Below are positions 23,860 through 35,800 of a DNA stretch of 64,000 nucleotides, piece by piece. This DNA is from Oculina patagonica. Its lineage: Eukaryota. The stretch is taken from NCBI RefSeq assembly GCF_052425735.1, contig NC_135768.1, forward strand, positions 7,812,001-7,876,000, in the 5' to 3' direction. A program made the translations under genes and the position numbers. Within the stretch, counting starts at the first letter, position 1; each line of letters opens with the position of its first letter. A model generated the notes under the pieces. The model had not been told where the DNA came from. It did not search any database and saw nothing but the letters and a program-made list of their open reading frames with translations.

Positions 23860-26800
23860 CTTCGAAGTGCAGGCAAGAAATAAATAGATTAAAAAAAATT
23901 AAATTAAATAAAACGTATAAACTTTCACCAAAGGGCACCATAGCCACACAACAAATGGCTGACATTTATTTTACCATCTTCCAATGATTTCAATCAATAT
24001 GATAGTATGTGCCACAATTTTGTTCTGTATTTACTGCTATGACGGCTTTCGAATCCAAATAGAAAGAGTGAAAACTTTTCGTTTTATGAAACGCGAAAAT
24101 TTTCCATTTTCTTTAAATAAGCTTTAAAGAAGATCAGCGAAATGTACCAATAAGAAGATAAAAACGTACGGTGTTGAACCATTATGTTTACAATGGAAAC
24201 CCGTCTTACCGTCTTACTATTGAACGGGAACTCCTTTTAATAATAAGAAGAGAAATAGATTATGCAGCTTGCTTATGTCAACTTACTTTCGAGCCATACA
24301 CGGCGATGTCTGATTTGATGATGTCCATAGTCAATGACGTAGTTATGAATGACATCACAAGCGCAATGATAACTAAGCCACACGTGATCCACACGATGCC
24401 AAACAACTTGGAGTGTATGCCGCGGGGAACACGGTCTCCATATCTTCAAAATATCACCAACACTATTGTTACAAACGAAAGTCCTCTTTGCAGAAGAGAA
24501 CAAGCTTAAAACATTGCATCAAACAGCTGCGACATTGCACACAGCACTGTCTGCATCATTTTCACTCGTTTTTGCTAAACTCTACAACATTTTGCGCAAA
24601 ATTGCTGACGCGGCAAGCAAGTTCTGTCCCCAGTTGCACAAAAGTTGGATAGTGATTTATCCGTTGCTTAGCGTTATCCATCCTTTTGTCAATCAAGGAT
24701 AGATTTTTACAACTGATAAAACCCAAATTGGCTACGGTAGAGACAGACAAGCAGCTTCCTCTTGGTACTTTTGCCTGAAGGTGGAGGAGAAAGTTCTAAA
24801 AAAGAAACATTAACGTCTTTGGGTTAGGGTCTTGACAGCTAGAAGTCAGGTAATGGCCGATAGTTGTGCCTCGCCAATTGACGGCAGCAACACAATATTG
24901 CAGATTTTGGACACACGTTGGTGAGCGGTTGCAGTTTTACAAAATAAATGTTTCACTGTGTGTCCGCGCGTTGTGGCTTTATCAGGTTTACCCTCTTTTT
25001 AAGCTTATTGATTGACGTTAGTCACTCACCCTACGGTTGTCATGGTTACAAATGCCCACCACATTCCTTCAATTGGTCCCCGCATGGGAGAGGATGGGAA
25101 CTCGTTGCTATTGAAAAAGAAGTCCTGTTGAAATGACAGAAATATGGTTTTGTTAGACTCAACTGATTTTAAATGTACTTCTGAAGTAGCTATTTTCACA
25201 TTCGTCGTCACAGGCTTTAAAGCAAAAAAGAGACTGCTCTGTTATAAAAAAAAAAAGAGTGTACCCTACTCCCCCAGCAAAAACACAGCAGCGACAATTA
25301 AACAAACTCACCATAAACCACATAACGATTCCAGCGAAAAACGCAGAAATGAAAACAGTCACGATCAAGGGCCATAAGTCAAACACAGCTTTCACCACCA
25401 TTTTGGCAGCGGCTCCTGGTTCATCTGCAGCCACTATAAACGCTACTCCCGCCGATTGAACCAGAGGCGCGAAACCATACTCGTTAGAATAATCCGTTTG
25501 CTCCATCCGCCCATAAACGGGAAAGCTCAACTCAGTCATATCACCTATTGCCTCTCTGACGTCTTTTTCGGTGTCTTTTATAGCTGACGTGTTTGGTCCC
25601 GATGCGCGATAATCAATATCGGTGTAGCCGTGCTGACGACACTCTCCACAGCAGCTGCGCACGACAAGGTGCAGAATTGGCGGGAAAATTCCCGTGACGT
25701 TATCGTTGCTTCCTTCTGCCATATATGGAGGGTTGAGCCAATAGTTTGTGTATAGTTTTCTGTAGCAATTACAGGTTTCTGTAAATAACAAATAATAAAT
25801 ACTTTGATACAAATGAACTATAGAAACTTCATGGGTTGCGAGAGGTTTGGAACAGAGAAACATACTTTACTTAGTTTATTATGCTAATAAACGCCTTTGT
25901 ATTAGCATAAACAGCACGCACACATTAAAAGTTGACATGAAAGTTTTAATAGCAGTGCATTTCTCTTGTTATATGGTGAAGGAATGCTCAAATCGTTCAA
26001 TGTTCGTATGATGGTAAGTGATGGAAGACATATTTGTTTTTAGAGCAATTTATCACGCCAGAAGCCGTCATTTTCCGTGATGAAATGCATAAACGTCGTT
26101 TGGAATGTTCGTGCCTCGCATTTGATATTTGTTTCTTCAGCGTATTATAAATCTGGCCACTGTTTTCAAAAATGCCTAACTCCATAAGATAAGTTTCTTT
26201 GTCGAAACTCGTTTTACATATATCTTTAATTTAAAAGTTTTGTCAATGTCTTTTGATTTGAACCGGTCGGCCTGAAGCAGGTATAACATGGCCAGCAGAG
26301 TCGGCGAATTTGTATTTAGTACAGTAAGCATGCGTTCGTTAGGCAATAGTAAGCTAACCCGCACGTGCGCCCGTAAATAACTGTTGTCAGTATTTCTTCT
26401 AAGTCAGAGATAAAACCTCTTCGAAGCCATGAAATGTTACGAATAAATAATAAAAGAATTGGGCTCGACTAGTTTTGATTTATTGATTTCCAAATTGTGA
26501 CAAATTTGAAAATACACGCGAAAAATAATCCTAAATTGTTCTAAGACCCGCCTCGTAAACAAAACAGTTGAGGCTGGCTTCATACTTAATTTAGTCAGTC
26601 ATTGCTTTTCAAATGCCATGCTCGGCTCCTCAAGGTTTTTAATTGTTATAGATCAATTCAATGGCTTTAAAAATGGTCGACTCCACAAAATTTGTTTCTA
26701 ACATCGAAAGAAAAAATCATTTCAGTGCATGATAAGATTAAGAAAATAAAATTGAATTATCTTTACCAGCGAAAATGACTGCAGAAGGCGTCCCGTTTCC

Positions 26801-29800
26801 TTTGCTTGTAAAAGCACGGACCTGGATGCTGTAAATTGTAAAAGAAGACAACTGGTGAAGCTCGACGGAAAGAGTGTTAGGCCCAACTGTTACGTTCTTC
26901 TCCTTTTCTTCCAGTTCTTTGTTAGGATTTCTGACCGCTCGGTAAGACACGGTGTAACCCAACAAAATACCGTGCACGTTATAAAGGTCCCGGATTGGTT
27001 GCCATGACACTGGGATCATCGTGGGGGTTGTTTTGTTGGTGGCGATGACGTTTTCTGGAGGTTTTCCTGGAGCTGCGAGAAAATATAATTAAAAGATATG
27101 TTATGTCAAATAAGGCCTGTAACTATCGCTCTATTGCAATTAAGCCGCAGATATCATAAGCATGAAATAAATGAAAGAAGGTAAGGACGAAGTTATCCAA
27201 CTATACAAAGCGTTTTTTTAGTTTTAAATGAACAATATAGCATCAAATTACTTTTAAGGGCCAAGTAACAACATTTAGGCTCAAAAAAGATAATTGGTCG
27301 AAGCATTTAACTTCAAGTTTGTTTTGGGAGAGTAGGGATGGCGCATGCAGTGGTGAGAGCGTTTGGCTCCCACGAATGTGGCCCGGATTCAATTCCTGAA
27401 CCTTGCGTCATATGTAAGTTTAGTTTATTGCTGTTTTTTTTTTTCCTTTACTCCGATGATTTATCTCCGGGTTCGTCGGTTTTCCTACCTCCAGAAAATC
27501 CTACGCTTCCAAATTCCAATTCGATTACATGGTCCACAATTTCTAGCTTTAAATACTACCGTGTCTTAACAACGTTAATATTACCCGTGAACTCAATATC
27601 TAAAATACCAACTAACAAAGGCAACGATAGAACTTTTCAAAACCCCTTCATTTACAAATAATTTTCAAAAATAACGTTGAGAGAATGCATGACGCTTAGC
27701 AAGAAGAATTTAAGATTTCAAGCTTGAAACTATGAAAGTTCTTTTATACTAACCATCCTCATCAGTCTGTGCCACAACTTCAGGGCTAATAGCTCCCCAG
27801 CCCACCCTGGTGAAACCCAGCACTCTAATTCCATATTTGGTGTACTTCCATAACCCAGCCAGTTCCAGGCTGGTGCGGTTAGGTCCAACCTCGCGTTCTC
27901 TGTACATGTCCTCAGACTCATTCATGGCACGGTAAAGGACCACAAACCCGAAGAGCACTCCGTGAACATAGTCTTGGGGAATTGTTTCCCAGTTAACTTT
28001 AATACTTGTGGAACTTGTGTTTAAGACTGTAGTTAATGTTGGCGGCTTGCTTGGCCCTGAGTTTAGAGGAAATCAACAATGAGATTGAGATGGAAAGTTC
28101 TTTACAATGAGGTCTTTGTTGTGGGAAGTGGCTGCTGATAAGTATTGAGGGTAAAAAATCTTGCGCTTTGTTGGATGATTTTCAAAACTTTCAGTTTCAT
28201 TCACTGCACCTTCGAAACCTTGCTTGACGGTTGACGATAAAGCTTCCTATAGTTTGCCGGTGAAATGTTTAACTTAACTTGCCGAACGTTTAAAAAAATT
28301 CCTTGTTTGTAGGTAATTTACGCTTAACTCATTAAAAATGGCATGCATTCAAATAATAATGGTTTATTTAGTTTTTGCAACTGCTAGAGTGATTTCATTC
28401 AACCCGTGAAACAATATCTAACACGGTTAGTACGTAATATAGTCAGTCAAAACTAAACAAAAGAAAACAATGGAATTAGTGCTTAATAGTATCTAAAAGT
28501 GTAATAATTATTTCACGGGTTTAGTAAAATCACTCTAACGCTGGGGTTAGGCTTAAGTAAAAAAATAGTACTTTTGTGCATAGTATGTTTTCTTTTGAAT
28601 TTCTAAAAATGCGAAGGTTAACTGCAACTCAATCCCAAATTAAAATTCGCAGCGTTCCCCAGAGAGTTAACGAAAGACATACATACTGGCGTGAACATGT
28701 GTACTTACGATCCTCTGTGGTTGATACAGTGAAGAATTTCGCTCGAACGCCGTTCCCTTTTGATGTGTAAGCTAAAATAGTAATGTCATATTCTGTGTAC
28801 TTGGTCAGGTTTTTAAGTTCAGTCGTGGTTGATTGAGCTGATATGTTCTTAAACTTTAGCTCGTCCAAGCCCCTGGATTTTTTGTACAATATTCGATAGC
28901 CTAGGATGATGCCATTTTGATGGTTCGCGGGGACTGGGCGCCAGTGGATGAACAGGCTTGTTGATGTGGAGTTGTCTTTGGCGACAGTGACATTCTGAGG
29001 AGGTTGAGAGGGGACTGTTGAAAGAGGCGAAAACTTATTAAGTTATCAAAAAGCAAAAACCTGAGTCCTATTTGGTATTCAAACGATACTACATGGGTAT
29101 GCCACATGGGTATGCCACATGTTTTATGCATTATGGTATGCCACATGTTTTATGCATTATGAGCATATAAGGCAAAAATTTATCAGAAGGTTGTTTGTAA
29201 TTTATCTCATTCTCCTCTCTCTTGCTTATCATGTCTTTTTTTACTTAATTATCACCTGGTTGGTATATTTTCTACATTGGCAAACTATTTTTTTTTTAAG
29301 TTTTCTTTGTTTTGAAGGTTATTTTACAACGCAAAAATGTTGTATTCTGATGGTCACCTGACACCTTTAAGTCAAATCAAACAACATGTAAATCTTAAAT
29401 TACAAGGCAAAGCTGGAAACATGAATTATTTCCTGTTGTACCCCGTATTAAGTTACACATTAGTAAACCATTAAAATTGTTTTTTGTAGCTTTTTCCCCA
29501 CATGCAGGAGTGTGTGCCTTTAAAAAGTACGGGACGTCGAAACTTGTCTTATAGGGTAGCCGTCTCGACTAGCTCTTAAGACTAAATGTGGCTTAGCTTG
29601 TATATTAAAACTGATATTATATTGAAATATATATGTGTATTAAAGTTTCCAAATTCTCAATAAAAACATCACGACAGTGACACTAGGAGGAGTTAACAAT
29701 TCAAAAATCGGAATAGAAAAAGTAAAAATGCCATGTCGTTCTAAAAAACAATAAAATCAACACCAACACAAATATCAGTGACAATGGCAATAACAAAAAG

Positions 29801-32800
29801 GCAATAGTTTAGCCACGTACCATCTTCATCCGTCCTGATCATGTAAGCCTTGCTCAAGGTTCCTCTCCCTTTTCTTGTAAATCCTCCTACTTGGAAAGCA
29901 TACGCACCATACTTTTTAAGGTCAGTTATGGTGGCATCATGATCGTTGGCGCCAACTGTGATTGTTTTCCAAGTGTTAAGATAGCCTGCTTCCACCCGAC
30001 GGTATTCTACTTGGTATCCTAGCAACCGGCCGTGAACGTACCGCTGAGGGATTGCTTCCCAGTGCACTCGAATGGCAGTGGAACTGGTATAATATATCTG
30101 TGAGATGTTTGGAGCTCGACTGGGAACTGTGAAATTTGTAATTCAGTATATGGGTTAAAATGTTAGTCGTACTTAGGGCCAAAGTGACCCGCAACCCAGA
30201 GCTATCTCACTGGTGGGAAACAGAACTTATTCGACATCGGATTCTCATACAAACAATGTATTAAGCGCTATGTGTACAACTCGTTCGCGAACTGGTCAAG
30301 CTCTCTAACTCTGGATGGGCTCCTTTAGGCTCCTTTGTTTGAGATCTTTTGCCAACTTTTGCTGCAAGTTGTGGAAATGTTATCCTTCCCTTTGAAGTTA
30401 ATTGCTTAAGGGTTCAAATATACACTAGTCTAAAAAGAGGTATTTCATGACAAATACTACTTAACAAGATAAGCATTAACAATTAAGAGAAAAAACTACT
30501 TGCCATCCTCCTCAGTCCATACTGTGACGTCATCGCTTGAGACACCCACTCCCACGTCATTGACAGCCGCCAAGCTAATGACGTAACGAGTGTACCTCTC
30601 CAGTCCAGTCACGTGATGGTTTGTCACATTGGGTGGAATATGTATAACCTTTGTAAAATTTGCCTTATCCTTTGTAAAATTCATCTGATAGCTGAGTAGA
30701 ACACCATGGATGTAATTTGTTGGCAATGGGTCCCATTCCACAAGGAGCTCTGTAGAACTCAGGTTTCGCGCAGTTACGTTTGGAGGCGCACCATCTGGAA
30801 CTGAAAACATTCTTTTGTAACTTCCGGTTAAGAAAAGCGTTCAATTTAAACAGAATATCCACATTTCAAGTAAAAATTAACCATTCAGACTCTTGTCTAC
30901 CAAGAAAAGTTACATTTAAACAGGTTAAACCTAGGAGCTTTTGACCAGGCTCCGGTTGTTCAAAGGGTGGATAACACTATCAACCGAATAAATCGCTATC
31001 CAGTGGATAAGTGTTGACAAAACATACTACGCTATCGACCGGATACTGATTAAACCAGTGGATAGCATTATCCACCTTTCAAACAACTGGGCCAGGACAA
31101 TCAATGTGGATGTATCTACAAGATCGATATATATTCTGTGGTATCCAACGCACTGCACACTGAAATAACGGTTCACACTTTAGGGGCGGATGAGTGATAG
31201 CTAATGATGCTTTCAGTTTTCTCGCCATCTTGCTGTACCCGAAAATTTAAAATTCAGTTTAAACACTGCTCGGAATTTCTCGAGTTTTCGGGACTTACCA
31301 TCTTTGTCCGTGTAGGTACATACAGGGAATGAAGCTTTTCCGTCTCCTCGTCTGTTGTACCCCATAAGTCGCACGCAGTACAAGGTGTAAATCTGCAGAT
31401 GTTTTAATTCTACGTGCGTGTTATTCTCCCCTTCTACCAATAGATTCCACGATGCACCTTCCTCGTCAGTGTACACGAGGCGATAACCAAGGATGCCACC
31501 ACCCCACAGACTGTGAGGCCGGATTCTGCTCCATGAGACACTGATACTTCGAGAACTTGTGTTGTGAGCTGTGACTTGCTCAGGTGCGTAACTGGGAACT
31601 TAGAATGATAATTAATTTATTTATTACATTCAATAAACACGAGGCTTGATCTTTACATTAAAATAAACCTGAAGCATGACATTAGAGATGGCCTCTTATA
31701 TTGAACTGCCTCGAGAAAGGTTGTTGTAAAAAGCACAAAAGCCTAAGCGACAATATCGGAAAGTGTTACCGTTGATGAAAATTCTCTGTTCTTTTGTTAA
31801 AGCTCATAGTACGTTCTTCAGCGCGATAGCAAGAAAACAATGAATTCTGAGGAATAGTGTTTTAAAGGAACGGTGAACTACACTACCCATGATACGATTC
31901 ATCTTAACAGATATCGCGTACGCTTTTATCCTTCTGTACTAATTAAGGATCATATTTGCAGATAACAAGCGCACTCTATTCTCGAGGTTCCTAGATGTAC
32001 TATCTATAAGTATCCCGTACGCGGATACTTATTTATCAACATTGTGTCGTGGAACTAAGTAATTCAGATCTCTAGCTGTTCTGACGTATCCCAAATGTTA
32101 AATTGCTAAAAAAAAAGGTTAAAAATTAACTTGGTGCCTACCGTCTGTACTGCTGATGTAATGAGTTTTGACCGCCATCGAATATAGCATATTCTTCATC
32201 GTCAGAGCGTCTTGTAGGGCGATTACTCCAGAATAACGATCCGCCCTGAAACCGAACTGTAGTACACATTGTACACCGGGGCCTCTGCTATAAACAGAAA
32301 ACAAAGAGCATGTCTCAGTTTCCTTGTGTGAAAATAAATCAGGGTGTTATGCTATGCTAAGTACATTGAGTACAAGACGTTATTTACTACCCAAATTTGG
32401 AATTAGCCAACTAGAAGCTTTTTGCCGCCTTGATTCCCTGCGATATGAAGTCTGCTGACCCGATATCACCGAGTTTTGACCGAATTTTAGCACGTGTCGC
32501 TGAAGTCGAACCAAACTCACTTTATATGCAGCCGAAGAGTACTAGAAAAGGTACAATTAGAGTCTAATACGAAACAACCATACTTATAACTGTACATTTT
32601 AATTGACATTAACAATATTTTTATAAGGTAACTCCCTACCCATCAGTAGTTCCACACCATTTGACGTCAATCGAGTCCAGAGCGGAATTTTCGTCATAAA
32701 TTTTATGGACCTGCAACGTAAATGGGTGGGCAATTATTCCGGCAATGGGGTAGCAATGATAAGATCCTCGTCGTGTTCCCACCCATTTATGCAATTGGGG

Positions 32801-35800
32801 AAAGAAGCCTGAACAAATCCAGGGATTCGACTGCTTTTCAGATTCAAACCAAAAACTAACAGACTGTCACACTTTTCTTTGAATGTTACTGGAAATGTGG
32901 TGCAAGAATAACCGTTTGCATCTGACGTATATCAAACTCGTAAACCCAGAATGGGGAGTGGGGGTAGGGGGGAGGAGGGTGGTGTAACACCGCAACTTCG
33001 GTTTTCTTTGTGAGATTTTTGGCTATGACAGATATAGCGTCCCAGAGAGGAGTCACTCTTCAAATTCTGATAAACAAACGTGTGGAGACAATGGGAACCG
33101 GGAGAGGGGATAAGAGATCTTTCACATTGTACGTCCAAAGCCATTATTTCTCTTGCCGAAGCTTAAACTTTAAACGAATTTCTTAGTTGACCATTTTTTC
33201 CATTCTAATCAGCTGACTTCCAGACTAGCATGAATATTTTAAGGGGAAATTAAATAAATCTTAGGCCTCGTTTACATTGTATTTAATCTTGTCCGCCAGC
33301 TGTTTGAACGTGTTAGTTTCCATGTTGAGAATGTCGGTGTTAAACTTCTCCTTTGTGAACGTAACGGCTGTAATAAAACTGATACCTGAGAAAAAAAAAA
33401 CAGAATTAAATGATTAAGGTATCATTGGAATCTAGCTAATTAGACTGATGTAAAGTAGAACGATTTCTTCGTAGGTCACACACTACCTCCCGGAAAGAGA
33501 AATGTCATTGTTTCTTAAAATATAACTAACAGGTCACAAAAATGCCCCAGCCATAGAAAACAATAGAGGTAGTGTTAAACGGTAAAGCGGGAGAATAAAA
33601 AATTATAGGTTCCAGACAGGTAGTGGCTTACTGCCTTAGTGAGACGGTAGTTACGGATCCATTGAGGAACTTAATCTATTTTCTTTATAAAATGTTGAAC
33701 ACGTGATGTAAGCCACGTACTGGACAAGTAGGTCGCCTGCTACCAATCGTAGAGCATGCAATTCCTTGAACATTTTTTCAAACACTTTCAAGTTCAGACA
33801 GCCCTTTGAACAAGAATGTGTAAGAAACATAAAAACAACTCACCAGGACACTCCTCTGTGTTGCAAACCCGACCTTCACGGGGCGGTCCTAACCGCAAGC
33901 AATCTCTTCCACCATGCCTTGGAGCTGGACTATCGCACTTTCTTGACCTTACGCTCTCGCCACCGCCGCAAGTCCGAGAACATGCTGAGAACTTAGACCA
34001 CTGTCTATAATCGCCATCAATCGGGCATGGCTGTATGTTACAGTAAGCTGTCTCCTTAGGAGGACCAAGACGAGTACAATCTTGACCTCCGGCCTCCGGG
34101 GTAGGATTTGTACAGTTACGTGTCCTAAAATGAGTTCCACCCGCACAGGATTTTGTGCACGGCCCAAATTCAGACCATGGAGTGTATCCCCCGCTGACTG
34201 GACAAGGCTGAGTGTTGCAAGACCAATTCTCAATCGCTGGTCCTAAACGAGAACAATTTCTTCCGTCTCCCACTGGGACAGGATTGTCGCATTCTCTAGT
34301 TCTGGTTTTGAGCCCTACACCGCAACTTTTAGTGCAAGGACTAAATGCGCTCCAGTTGCTATAGTTACCATCAATTGGGCACACCTTAATAAAGCATGAG
34401 CGGGACTCTATGGCAGGTCCATACCTGGAGCACTCCTTACCACCATGCTCCGGTTTTGGTCGATTGCACATTCTTGTCCGAGTTTCAGTTCCGCTGTTGC
34501 AACTCACGGAGCATGCACTAAAATCCGTCCATTCGCTGTAACCTCCATCAATTGGACACGGATTTGTATTACAGTCCACTTCCTCTCGTTCCGAGCCCAG
34601 CCCCGAACAATTAAGGCCGCCGTATTGGGGACTAGGACGAGTACAAGTTCTAGTTCGATACTGTTTACCTCCTCCGCAAGTTAACGTACAACGGCTAAAC
34701 ATCGACCATTCGGAATAGTTGCCGTGTACAGGGCAATGTCTTAGGAAGCATATTTCCGTACTGTTGGGATAGCCCTGACAGTCATCGCCTCCGTGTTGTG
34801 GTCGAGGATTAGAACAAGACCTGGTCCTTGTCCTCGTGCCCGGGCCACATGAGACAGTACATGGACTGAAGTCAGACCAGCTGGTGTAGTTTCCATCCAC
34901 TGGAAAAGTGAGCATTTAATAATTTAAGAAATACTTGGAATCGCTGGAAGCAGTTAACTTAAATTTGACTAATCGGTCAAAAAAATCAATCAACCAACAA
35001 ACCAATCTACCGGTCTACCGGTGGTTCGGTCGCTCACTTGGTCTGTCTGTCTGTCTGTCTGTCTATCTGTCTGTCTGTCTGTCTGTCTGTCTGACTGTCT
35101 GTCTGTTTCTGTCTTTTGGTTGGTTGGTCGGACTGTCGGTTTGTCTGTAGGTTTTTCAGACTATCCATTTCAATCAGTCAACCAGTTATTCATTTAATCA
35201 ATCAATCAATCAATCAATCGATTAATCAATCAAACAGTCAGTTAGTCAAGCAACTGAATGTTTTATATGCGAGGCCATCATGGATTTCATTTCGTGGGAG
35301 GGTTACTTATCTTAGAAAGGCAAACATCTTTTTGTCTACAAATTACCTCAATTCTAAGCTTAAACGCAATATAACTTTCGGGTGAAAAAATAACTATTGA
35401 TTTGATGCAATCCTGATGTTATATCACCATTGCGTTTCTTTAACTTAGGCAAAGAAAAATAATTAAAAAAAAGCTTCAATGAGCATCTTTAAGAGCAAAC
35501 TGCTGCATTTTACCTGCCTTAGACTTCATAATATAACAAATATCCTCTTTTGACAAGAGACCATTCCAGACCGCAAGCTCATCAATGGTCATCTTAATAC
35601 TTCTCAACCGAGCATTGTTCGCTCCCATCATAAGCGTGTGATACGGTGGAACAGGTGCAAGGCGAAAACTGTATTCAACAGTATCCTTCTCGTATGGCAC
35701 AGAACTGCAGTTTAATAACACATCGACCTTGCTTTCCGTTTTATTCCAAGTTAAAGCCACAAAATTCCATGTCGAATAAGTCCACTTAACTTCAACATGT

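Noticed and set aside
26767-34899. Separate RPTP/Sidekick-like (FN3) or hemicentin/coadhesin-like (TSP1) genes
   Set aside because: No TM helix, terminal exon or new signal peptide lies between the modules, and all exons splice in phase into the channel module. One gene is more parsimonious, pending RNA evidence.
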